64,000 nucleotides of DNA from Geosiphon pyriformis uo1 (taxonomy: Eukaryota > Fungi > Glomeromycota). The stretch is from the NCBI GenBank assembly GCA_016748015.1, contig JAAOMT010000076.1:186001-250000 (forward strand), given 5' to 3'. The notes under the pieces are model-generated. The model was given only the letters and a program-made list of their open reading frames with translations. It was not told the origin of the DNA and made no database searches. The number at the start of each line of letters is the position of its first letter. Positions within the stretch are counted from its first letter, which is position 1. A program made the position numbers and the translations under genes. Shown in pieces: positions 11,187 to 23,920 of the stretch.

Positions 11187-13166
11187 TGGTGAGATATAAG
11201 GAGCTCTGAAATATTGATAGTTCAATAAGTTTATGTGTGTTTCACAAATTAGTTTTTATAAAATGGATTTATAAAATTGTAAATTAAAAGCTTTGAAAAA
11301 AAAACTATTATCATTAAATTGAAAATGCCCGATACTTACAAATGAATTTGAGCATTTAAATAAAATTCTTTAATTAAAATTTACTAATAAACAATATGAG
11401 GTGAAAGTTCCAAGAAATTTATTCCTGATTATTTCTTTATTCAATTTTTGTTGTCAGTTTAAGATATTGCAGACACAAAAGTGAATCTTGATTTTTCCAA
11501 AACCACTCTTTTTTATCAGAATCAAAAATTATAAAATTGCTTTTAACTGACCAAACCACTTTTTTTTATTCTAAATACCAAAATTTGTCTTTTCCATAAA
11601 CATTGAGTTGTATTTGAACAACAATCATATTTTAATGGGAATTGATTTTTTTTAAGTTGGATTGCATCAAAGCATATATTTTATTTGATAAAGCTACAAA
11701 TATTTTTATTACAATATTTAGTAAGTATGCAAAAATAAATTATTATTTGAGTTTTTTGTTTCAATTTTTTTTCAATATGCAATTTTATAAAAGCATAAAT
11801 ACAAGCGCTTTAATCAAGTACAATTGCTTTTATAATTAAATACAGTAAAAAGAACAAGACAATAAAAATATCATACCACAAAAAACGGAACTTTTTTTTT
11901 AAAAAAATTACAAATAAACTGTTTAAATTAGTGCAGCCCTCTACTTCGTGCAAACTACCACACGTGACTAGCCACTAATCAAAAACAACTTTATAAAATA
12001 GATTTTTAGTTTTAAATTAAATTGAATTTGTGAAATATTATAATCCAAGAATTTGAATTCAATATTTTAAAATTTTAATTGTATATATTTCTTATATATA
12101 TTTATTTGTCAATATTTGAATATTGAATTTATTTTCAAGGATTTTATGCATGAAATATAAATCATTACTTATATTATGTCATAATAAAAAATTATTTTGG
12201 CCATCTAAAAGTTATTAAAAACTTTTTTCTTTTTGGATTTTGTAAATCAAGCCTTTGATGTAATTCATAAATCAAAAACGATAAAACTTAAATAAATTGT
12301 ACAATTTGAATAGTCAACTCTTAATTTGAATGCACTCAGATCAAGTAACATATAAAAAGATTATTTTCACACTAACATATTGCATGATGCTAGTTTTATT
12401 TTTCTAGAGTAGTTCATTTAAATCACAAACTTATAATTTTTCTAAACTAAAAATGTAAAACAATGTATTGATTTTAGTTAAAAATTTTCACTTGCATACA
12501 ACCATAAAGATCTTTGATTATTATTTTTTTTGGTATTGTTTCTTAAACGAAAATTCTTAAAATACATAATGTGCAGAAAAATGTTTGTGCAAATCATAAT
12601 ATTTTATTATTGATGACATCAAATCCTCCTAAACTAGTTTGAAAACTTTTGAGGATCGTACCTCTGACACATATTCATCTTTTGGAGTCATCAGGCAAAA
12701 TCCGAAAAATTTTGTAATCCTGAACAGTCATTGCGGTGCCAAAGAAGAACCACGTTTTTACCCTCAAAAAATCACCTTAACCCATGAGTTAACTATTAAG
12801 CAGTCCTTAGTGTTCAAGAATATTAATTTCTTCTGTTAAAGTGATGAGTTCAACGCATTAATATACTGTCATAATTTCCTAGAAACTGGTGACTATATTG
12901 TTTGGCGGTAATGGCTCGATCATCGATCATAATTTCTAATCCGACCATAATCGGATGGGTCTTGAATATAACTCATTCTCATTTAGCCGATACATCTTGA
13001 AATACAACGGCATGGTAACGATTAATTGCGTCATCAACTTGAATTTGTTGAGAATACGGAATAAGAGCTTCAAGAAACTTCAGTCCAAAAATTCGCCCAT
13101 ATAGATTAACTATTACAAAATGACAGAGTTGGTAGCAAGTATTAGCTCCTAAAAACGCATCTAATT

Positions 13167-13972
13167 CTATTTTTTTTCTCCTTGTAATGTCACTACAATT
13201 TTTCTTCCCGATGACCGATCTCGATGTTCGCAAAGATATATGCTGAATTACGATGAAATGAAAAAGCATGCAAGAGCAGGGAAAAATCGATGAATTTACT
13301 TTATGCCTAACGGTATATTTTCACAACATCATAAACTCACCCTTGCCAAGTGCCAAGATTGAAACGTCCATTGGTTATTGGTATCGCTAAAGAGGAACCC
13401 AGAATCGCATTCTTCAAATGTCCTGGCTTATTTATATAGCAAAAAAATGCAAAGTAGGTATGTTGTTTACCAAAACTTGAAACAAAATTTGATCGTAAAG
13501 CTTATAAGTAAATGAAGAAGCCTAACCATATCGTCTGCACCTTCATCTGTATGAATGTATGGCCAATTTTCGGGCACGAGACGATTTAGGCCCATCTCCA
13601 TATCCCTTCGAACATCAGGGTCGGCATTTTCATTGAGGCATAATGAGGCAGAAGTATGCTGTACTGTATGAAATATTAATCATACATTTCATATGAGCTT
13701 AAAAAATAAAACCAAGTGAATTCAATGTAAATTGCAGCTGCATTTAATTATTTTATGAAAGATATCCAACAATCTGTCCTCTGTCATAGTTAAGGTCTGT
13801 GGCCGAACAGGCCAACGTAACATAAGTGTTACTAGTAAAACTTACTGAAAACATTGGCCACACCAACTTTAAAAGTTTTCAGCTCTGGAATTTGTCGTTC
13901 GATCTCACTTGTAATCAAGTGGCAACCGCGAGGCTTTTGTGCTAGTTTGAAGGTCGTTTGATGCCAAGACAT
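13167..13972 (-). CDS. yjbQ: YjbQ/UPF0047 family protein (secondary thiamine-phosphate synthase-like), 4 exons, 141 aa
   Basis: Exons 13972-13846, 13663-13527, 13426-13341 and 13242-13167 with GT-AG introns splice to 426 nt: [141 protein letters not shown]. Hallmarks are HTSASL.LNEN.DPDV and LGTWQGIYL.EH. Confidence 0.96.
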
Positions 13973-15361
13973 TATGGTAGTATAAGAGAAAATTCAATTA
14001 ATTTATTAAAAAGAAAGAGAAATTACAAAAAAAAAAATCTAGAATACCTGCATAAAAGCTGAAAATCATAGTTCATCAGTGTAACCCTGTGACGTTTTCA
14101 TGATGATAACCTTAATTAGACTTGTGCCATTTTCAACACCTTTTAATTATAAATAAATTTTGTCAATATCGATTAATTCAAGCTATTAAACTTTGATATT
14201 ACAACAATCTTTTGAATTGAATAATCTTTCAAAATAAATAACACGCATTTAACATTGAATAACTCAAGTTTTTTGAGATTCGATATGAAATTAAAATACC
14301 TTTAATAATACTGATGATAACTCATTTTTAATAAATTTCCAAAGTGAAAAATCAATTTTTTAACCAAAAGGTAAACGACTTAGTACTATAATTTGTTTTG
14401 AAATTAAAAATTATCGATAGAGGGATGTTCTAGCATTTTCTGGTATAAAGGGATCTCGAAAGTTTCGCGGATCATTACGGTATTGGTGACTTTATTCACA
14501 ATTATTGAATCGAAATTAAACTGTAAAATAATTTGAAAAGCTACTAGTTTAATAGAGTTTAAAAATTATATGATGCTGTTAAATTTTACAAGGTTCTTTT
14601 CAGAAGAAACAAATTTGTGATATTTTTGAGCAATTTTATACTTATAAAGTTTATAACAAGTAAATGTAAAATTAATTTTTAATCATAAAGCTTTTTAATA
14701 ATTTCTTGTATTGAAAAAAAAATAAAAAAACAACAAGTACAATGATAAACGTTAAGATTTTAAGTAATATAAAAAAGACTCCCACCAAAAGATAGTCATA
14801 TTTTTTGCTACCATTCTAATAATCTACAATTTTTTTTGGTGAACCAAGATTCTAGAATTTCAAAATCAAAATACTTTGGGGTCCAATTTAAAATTAAAAG
14901 AATTCAAAGTCCATCACATAAATTTTTTGTATCAAATTTACCTAGCTCAAATCCTATTTGTCACAGATGTTTTCTTTCCGGGATATTTGAAGCAATTTCA
15001 TCGAAACGGAAACAAGTTTTGGCAGAAATCTATTACCCTCAAATTGGTTTTCAAAACAAAAAATAGAGTTTTTATAGATAATTAAATTTATAAAGCTTTC
15101 AAACCTTCCTTTTGAAACAAACCTTTAGGAAAAGAATTCCTATTTCTCGGAGCGAGGTTTCTTGATTCAAGAAAAAATGGGCTATCCTTTTTTTGCTCAA
15201 GTGAATTTTTTCGCTTTTTAGTCAAAAGACTAAAATATTGAATTTTCAAATATATTTTATATATTTCTAAAAAATAAAGTCATACGACATCAATTTTGAA
15301 TTGTGATTTGTTAAAGACCCAAAAATATAGGCTACCTCTTTCAATACACAATTTGTAAAGT

Positions 15362-16096
15362 TCAATATATCTGTTGCGGCATAACAAGAGAAAATACCAA
15401 ATTTTTAAAAATTGGAAACACATCTATACTATAAAATTGACCCGTTTCATCTCCCTCCTTTGGATAAAACACAACTTTCCACGGAATATTTTGTGGTGGA
15501 AAAACAATTTCAAATCTTCTGCACCCTGGCAATTCTCCAAATGAACCCAATTCCTCCGAAACCATTCCAAGAATCTCTTCTACCTGTTTAATTGTTAGTC
15601 TAAGATTTATGCGAAAGGTTTTCTTGTTCAGCTTTACTTGATTTCTCTCATTAAACTGTATTTCAAAAACAATTTTCTCGAAGGCGGGAGAAACAAAAAG
15701 TTGAAAACCTTGCTGTTCTTTATCTAATTTGATGCTGAATGTCATGCACTGAGGATTAAAGGAAAAATTGTAGTCACTTGATTTATGAAGAAGATATTTC
15801 GTAATTTTTTTATCTTGTAAAATATTGGTTATAAAATTTTCCTCAAGTGGGAGTTTAATTAAATAATTCGAGAAAAAAGTGGGATTCTTCGAAAACCTTG
15901 GCAAGGAAATTTGTTTTTTAATTTGTTTTCTCCAATATTGACTTAAGAAGGGACTAGTTGGAAAAAAGGTTTTGTTGTTTAATACCTTTTCCCCTTGGTG
16001 GTAAACTTTAATTTCTTGGAATGACATATAGTAGAGAGTGATAAAAAAAATTCCAAAACACGTGAAAAATCCATAAATGAATTGAAAATAAGCCAT
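15362..16096 (-). CDS. Hypothetical protein, 244 aa, N-terminal signal anchor/TM helix
   Basis: 735-bp ATG-initiated ORF, unlikely by chance in DNA this AT-rich. Residues ~3-24 are hydrophobic (YFQFIYGFFTCFGIFFITLYYM). No family recognised. Confidence 0.7.
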   Translation of the reverse strand: MAYFQFIYGFFTCFGIFFITLYYMSFQEIKVYHQGEKVLNNKTFFPTSPFLSQYWRKQIKKQISLPRFSKNPTFFSNYLIKLPLEENFITNILQDKKITKYLLHKSSDYNFSFNPQCMTFSIKLDKEQQGFQLFVSPAFEKIVFEIQFNERNQVKLNKKTFRINLRLTIKQVEEILGMVSEELGSFGELPGCRRFEIVFPPQNIPWKVVFYPKEGDETGQFYSIDVFPIFKNLVFSLVMPQQIY

Positions 16097-19000
16097 TTAT
16101 GAATCTGGCAAGTTCACCTCGAAAATAATCTCCATTCTCTTCAGATTTCCATAACTTTATAAATCTTTCTTTGCTGTCAATTTCAAATATTTAAGTTTGC
16201 TCTTATTAAATTTATGTTTTAAATTATTCTTTGAATTTTAACAGTCCTAATAATAAATTTATTAGCTAAACGGCTGATATCAGGTGATGTTTCAAGAGGT
16301 AAACACTAAATAACTTGTTAATAGATGCCTGCAGATAAAAAATTAAACTTCCAGCTGTTTATACAAGAGAACACTTTGAATTAAGTATTAAACAAATGGC
16401 TCCCTTACTGTTTTGTGTTTAATTTTGCTTGTTTCAACTATCATTTTTAAGATTCTTTATTAAGCATCTCGGTGACAAATTAATATATTTCCTTTGATGA
16501 TGACGTACTGAAGATGCTAAAAATTAGAAATTATTTTAATCTTTGAATCACCTTTTAACTAAACTTACACGATTGGAGATTCTAATAATAATTTAAAATT
16601 GACCATTGATAATAATAATGGATAGATTTCTATACCTGAAAATATTTTAAATACATAAATCTTTTAAAAAAAACTCATTTTTTTTATTTTAATGGGTTTT
16701 GAAAACAACTAAAAATTCTGATAAACAAAACAAGAAATTTATTTCAATTATAGCGATTTTTAGAGTGGCACCAAAAATGCAATAGAAAATAATAGCAAAA
16801 AATTATGAATATTTCATGATAATTTAAATAAAAATGATAAGATTAATACATATTGAAAGTAACATCTTAATATGACTATTTTACCAATTCAAATTTTTAT
16901 ATATTATTAAATTTCTTGAAAAAAAATTACAATATTATATAATTTATAATATTCAAAAGTATTGAGGCAATATACTTGTACTCTTTTTTATTTAATTTCA
17001 TAATATTAAGTTCAAAAATTGTTTTTAATCTTTTAATCTTTAAATATTAATGTGTTTTAAATAATTAAAAAAAAGTTTTTTAAAAGCTCAAGTAAATTTT
17101 TTTGGCTTTAAATCAATACCAGCTTTTTTCTGTTATTAAAATTATTTTGTCAACTTAAAATTTTATATCAAAACCATTGTTTTTTTGTATTACATAATTT
17201 TATTGTTTATAATAATATTATTTTAAAGTAAAAACAACAATATTTATATTAATACATTAAGCAATAAAATATCGAATATAACAGTAAAAAAATAATTTTA
17301 TACAAGAAAAAATAAATTACAATAATTAGTTTAATTAAATTTTTTATTAATTAATTATAAAAATACCAATAATTAAAAAAAAATTATAGCTATTATCGAA
17401 ATATTTTCAAATTTCAAACTTAGAAAATTATTTTATTTTGCTAAAATATTAATTAAAATAAAAACTAAATTAATGAACAAGTTAGTAATAATTAATTAAA
17501 TTAAAAATAATTTGTTAATATTTATTATTTTAATCAATTATGATAAAATTAGGTTTTTAAATTTTTTACTTGAAATTTTTTTAAATTATATTATGATTTA
17601 AAACATATCATAATTCATTAATAGTTATACATCTTTTTAGTAATAAAATTTTTATTTAATCATTACCAAATATTATTTTTTAAAAATTTTCAATAATTTT
17701 ATGCTGTAATATAAATAAAATCAGAATAAAAAATTATTAAGTTAATAATAATACCAAAAAATTGAGCATAACATTTTTATATGTTAAAAAAGCAAAATAA
17801 CAATAAAAAAAGTAATAAGGTTTTATATTAAAATAAAATTTATTATTAAATATGGTTTATGCTTTGATAAATATTTTAAAGTGGTAATTATTACAAAAAT
17901 ATTCCAACATAAATGATAAAGTTTTTCACTTTTAAAACCAAATTAAAAGAAAATGTGCTCAAAATTTATATGCGAATAAATTTTTGAGAAATAAAACAGT
18001 CTAGTAAACGAGCGAAATTTAAAAGTTATTAAAAATTAAAAAAAAAACACCATTTTACAAGATATTTTCATGGTTTTTCCAGAAGCCATGTTAAAACAGT
18101 TAATAAATAAAATCACAAATATTTTCTAATTAATTTTCACTTTAAAGGTGTATGAATAAGCCAATTTTAATAGTAATAATTTTGGAAAATAATGATTTTT
18201 AAAACTAAACTTAAAAAAAGGTCAAAATTTGATTAGCTGTAAATTTGTATTTAAATTAAAAAACTTTGAAGTTTTTTTAATATTTCAAAGCGACAAGTAA
18301 AAAATGTTTGTTTAAGCTAGTCCGTTTGTATTTCAATAACCAGATAAGAATAAAGTTTATGCAAAAATTCATATTTTTAAAGTTAAAAAAACCTAAAAAT
18401 TGCATAATTTTTTTGATTCAAGGATTGTTTTTTTTAATTCAAATCTTCCTTGCAGTAATATTTACTGCAAAAAATTAAAAAGTTTAAAATTCTCAAAATT
18501 AGGTTTTAGTAGGGAAATATAATAGTTTGCACCGAATTTGTATGAATGTAATTTTTTTTAAAGAGGTCACCTTTAACTCAAAAACATAGAAATGAATATT
18601 TAGTTTGTGGAATCTGATCACGAGCAACAAACGGAATGCACCTGTGATACTTATCAAACCTTATACCAGCATTTGTTGCGCGATTCGCTGATCGCAAAAT
18701 TTTCTTCAATTTGTAATAATATGATCAGAAAAACGAGCATTAATCTTCACGTTTGTATAATAATAAATCAAGATCTTTCTTTCTGCACCATGATTATCTT
18801 CATACGTTGAAAAGGGCATGGAAAATATGCTGAGCTTTTTGCCACATTCAAAATCTGGTAATACCTGACACATTTCAATCAGCCAACCATTAATATTTTA
18901 ATTTACAGAAAAAAAGCATAGATTCCTTAAGATAAGAAAAAGGAGGCAGTTTTTTATTTTAAAATCTTTATTTGTTAATGCAAACTATGCAAGTTTTTTT

Positions 19001-20080
19001 TTTAAATGATTCATTGCTATACCTAAATTGAGGAATATTAATCGGAAGATTACGGGAAAAAAATCTTCTTTTGGCTAATATTCAAGGGGTAACGGCAACG
19101 TAATCCAGTTAACGATTGAATTCTAATTCCAAGTCTTTGAGATTGTAAAGTTTTGGATACTGTGTTGTTATTGTTATTTTTATTGTTGTTGTTGTTGTTG
19201 TTGTTGTTGGTGTTGTTGCTGTTACTGTTGTTGCTGAATATAGTCACACGGATGACAGGATAAAAGGTTTCACATTAAATTCTAGAATAATATTGTGATG
19301 TTTTAAAAAGGGGCTCAAAATAATTTTTCCATATTTTAGTTGGGCCTTCTCGGGATAAGCCGGAGAATTTTCCAGAAATAATTTATTTTATTATGATCAT
19401 GATGAATATAGACAATAACATGATTATTGTAAAAATATAGAGTTGAATATGAAAACACTGAAAAATACAATTGAAAACCACATATTGCGATCAATAGATT
19501 GCAAAAATATCAATAATGCTTGTTTAAGATTGTTCAAAAATTTGATGAATCATTTTAAAAAAAAAGGTTTTTTTAAATAATTCTAATATGAAAGAAATAA
19601 AGTGTGAGCTTTACTCCTTCTCTTCGTTTTCTTTGAGCCCCTGCATATCTAAAATTTTGTCTAAAGTAAATAAATGAATCCAATCAAGTAAATTTATATT
19701 TTTTATTCCATGGCTACAATTTATAGTTGAGACACTCCAAAGTGATTCAGAAAACTTTGTTGTTTACTTGTAATACCAATTCAAATATTGATGTTTGACG
19801 AAGACTACGAAATGGGTCGAATCAGCGATCTTTTCGATTCCTCTATTGTTTGCTTTCTCCACAATTTAATATTACCATAGTTGAAATTAACTTTAAATTT
19901 TCGAAATATAGAGTGATTGAATATTTTAGAATTTCTCCCAATGAAATCAATAAAAATTTTTAGTTAGTCTGGTAAAATGGGGTGAGTTTATTAAGTTTGT
20001 TGACATCCAAATTGATAGAAAATCTTGTTGCCAACCAAGATAAAGTTTAAGCATAAATAATAAGTTGAATAATAATAATG

Positions 20081-20140
<60 letters not shown>

Positions 20141-21119
20141 TGTGATATTGAAAAGATTTTCTAATAAAGTTAGATTGATAATTTGCATGATTTCAAACAT
20201 ATTTCAAGGTATTTACATGAAGAATCATACAAAGAAACCACTACCATATTCTTTAGCTTAGCAGATTCATAAATAAATTCATTAAAACAAACTTTTGATG
20301 AAAGGGTTTTAATAAAAAGAAACTATTTACGGAGTAAAGGAAGGAACAAACAAATTTGATAAATAATTCGAAAAATTGATCTATTTAATTATCTCATCTG
20401 CTAAAGATCATCAATCAGCTCGATAAAAATGATTCTATGAAAAAAGTGTTTTTAAGATTATCTTATCAGATTTTTTTGATTTCCGAGTGAATGATATGAT
20501 TTTCACTAAATATTTATCGCTATCTTAATTATTTCTGAGTTCATTTTTATGTCAACATTAAATAATGACTAAAGCTCTGGGCCTCATTGGCAAAATTTCT
20601 TTAGTTAAAAATGGAAATTTTATGAGGATAATCAATTGTTTTTCCATGCAAAATAGAGAAAGGCGTATGAAACCTAAAACCCCAAAATTACTTACAAATA
20701 ATTTATATTATCTTTAATTTATTTATAAAGATACATGAATCATGAGTTTATCCCAAGCAGGCTTACCTAATTTATAATTAAAATATATAACTATTTTAAC
20801 CCACCATAAATATTTCCTTTTATAGCCTTATCTCAAAGTTTATAATTTTATTTATATAAATATCTACAAATATCACATCACAATTACATTTTTATGTATT
20901 TAAATAAAAAATTTAAAGTTTTGTTTTTCGGCAAAAATTCTTCTTTTTTCCGCAAATTTTTTATTGTTTACAAGCAAATAAAACAAAGTATATACTTTTA
21001 CTTTATTTTTTTCATATTAACGAGTTTTTATTGTTTAATCTTTGAGTTCCAAAGCTATTTATTATTATTGGCGAATAATGATGAGATTTTTTTAAAACCT
21101 TTTTTTTTTCTTTTTTGAT

Positions 21120-22832
21120 ATGCTCATATATTAGTGGGCTCAAAAAAAAAATGCTCATTTTGTAAATATTCAGAATGGCTCATTTTGTTGAAAATTTGCT
21201 AATCATAAATAAAAAAAACTTTTTAAAACAACGCCACTAAAAAATTGCATGATATCAATAAAAATCTAAAATAATAAATAAATAAATATATATATTTATT
21301 GCTAATCTGGTTTAAAATTTTATATCACATCTTTCTCTGTAGTTTAAAAAAAAAATATGTATTGTTAAAAACTTAAACATCCTCCTAAAAACATAAAAAA
21401 TTAGGCATGATAAATTTGGATTAATATTTAATTTTTGTTAATAAATTAATCTACATTTATTAGTTTCAATATTCAAAAAAATCATTAGAACAACCTAAAA
21501 AAGAAAATTATAGACTGATAAATTGTAAAAATTAATTGTCTTTATTTATCCACACTGATTGCTTAGGTGCAGCATTAAACATGAAGAACGTCACAAAAAA
21601 AATTTAACCATTCAGTCATTCAGATTCAATATATTAATTTGCTTTATTTTTTAAGCTAACATACTTGAGTATTACACCAAGATACAATGAAAATATATAA
21701 TTATTAACTTCCAAAGTTTTTATTTTACTGTATTTTTTTATGATTGCATAAATCAAAGCTTCAATTTTGGATTCATAATCTTTTCAAATTTTATAATAAT
21801 GCAACAATAATTATTGGCAAATTAAAATATCTTTAATGTTTTTTAATTATGTTACAAACTTTTGTCATTGCAATTATTGCGACATCTCTTTCAGTTTTTT
21901 TACAATTTTTCTAGAACAATAGCTATTAAAATTTTATAGCATAATTAAATTCACGACAATTATAATTTTTATAATAATAATTTTAACCTCCTGTTTATTT
22001 AATGAATGAATGAAAAATTTTTTATCCTTTTTTCTCTTAAAACCCTTAATATATCTTTATTTTCTTTGTTATTTATTTTACTATACTTTTTAGAAGTTTA
22101 AAGTTACAACAATATAAATTTTACTTAATAATTTATTTCACATATCAATCGATTTTGCAACACTTTTAAATGCTGAATTTGCATTTAATTGTTAAGAAAT
22201 ACTAAATTTATAAAGTGTTTCTAAAGATAATGGAGCTACCAATTTTAATTTTTAGGAAACTTTTTCATTTAATTGTTTTTCTTTAAAAGAGTTTTTCGGT
22301 CTTCATTAAATAAAGATATTGCTTTGGTTTTCAATAAAATCGCATAAATTTTTTTAAGAAAAGGAGTTTTATCATTTTTCGTGATAAGTATGGTTTTATT
22401 ATGATAATAATTCGATGCAATTTTTTATTTTTATTTTTTCCTCTTTATTAAAAATATTTCAGTTTTAATTATTTTATTTTATTTAATTGAAATACTATAA
22501 GTTTAAATTAAAAAGATTAAGTTTTAATTTATTCTATTTTGAAATGCAATTTTTTATAGATTTAAAGAATTTATTTGGTTTAAAAGTTTGTTATCATAAA
22601 ATCATTAAAAGTGTTTCAATCGGTTTTTAATATATTTTTATTCCTTGCTATAACTTTTTTTGAAAAATCTCAAGCCTTTTTAATAGCATCAAGTAAAATT
22701 TAATAAATTTTCAATCTAGTGAAAAAATATTGAACCTTCCTTTCGAAATAAATTATTTTAAATGGTTGCTATTATAAGGCTCACTAATTGAATTTTCGTT
22801 ATTCGTGAAACAACTTTGAATTTTTTGATAAT

Positions 22833-22865
<33 letters not shown>

Positions 22866-23216
22866 TGTGCTTTTAAACAGTTTTTTTATTTTTCCAATTT
22901 ATATTCAATACTTTTTGTTAGCCTAAAGAATTTAATTTAGCAAAGCATCCAATACCTATAATAAGAATTTTGTTGAGGGAAATTAAAATATATGCGAAAT
23001 GCTTTTTTAATTTGTTTTTACATGAAAAATAATTAATTTAACATAAATTATGTTTAAAAAGTGTGTTATGCATTTTCTGGAAACTAAATTTGACATTTGA
23101 AACTGTTTTAAAAGTTACAAAAAACAGGATTATAAATAATATAATAATTATAGTCTCTTACTTATTTATATCTTATTTATTGTTTTAAAATGACAAAAAA
23201 ACAGGAATTTAATTTT

Positions 23217-23247
<31 letters not shown>

Positions 23248-23920
23248 TTCAAGAAATATGTTAAAATTTGAAAAAGTAATTAGTAATATTATATTATATT
23301 TAAGTTTAGTTGCAAATTAATCTTAATTGTTTAAATAATTTCGTTGTATTTTTATATTTCATTGAAAATGCAAAAAATGGATTTCAAGTTTTGTATATCC
23401 AAAACCGTTTCCAATAATTAAAATTCATAAAATAAGAGCAAAGAAATTAGACAACACAAACATCTATTATGAGATTGCAATAAATTTTCAATCAAATTAG
23501 CTTAAATCCCTAAACTCAATTTCATCGGTTAACTCCTTGGCCTTTTAACTTTCGGCAATGCTAATTAACTTTAACATCTTTATTTCAATTGACTTTATGT
23601 ATTGCATAAATAATTATCCTTCTTTTAATTTATCATATATTATTATTAAAGTTGTAAATGACAATGCAGTTTTTAGCTTTAATTGTGAAAATCATGTATA
23701 AGCTTATATACATATAAATGCATATTGTTTATTTAAAAAAAATTTAGAGGTTACTTCTTTTAACAGGTTATAAAATCACTACATCAAGTTTTCTTATGCA
23801 AACAGAGTACCACAGCATGAAAAATAAATAGAAGGTCGATCGATGTACAAATTCATATGGAATGTGAATAGAATTATGATAAAATTATACAAGATGCCTG
23901 GGGGCGTGAGTATGTTATCT
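21120..23920 (-). repeat. Segmental duplication: reverse-complement copy of 3995-7890 lacking the Tc1 insertion
   Basis: 21538-21692 is identical to the reverse complement of 7409-7563. Homology continues through 22000-23150 (vs ~6040-7100) and 23240-23920 (vs 6010-3995 minus Tc1). Confidence 0.9.

Noticed and set aside
12979-13269. 96-aa minus-strand ORF
   Set aside because: It overlaps YjbQ exon 4 in another frame; the spliced YjbQ model explains the region.
18607-19250. Slightly GC-richer stretch with splice-like signals on the minus strand
   Set aside because: No coherent reading frame or recognisable motif could be assembled.
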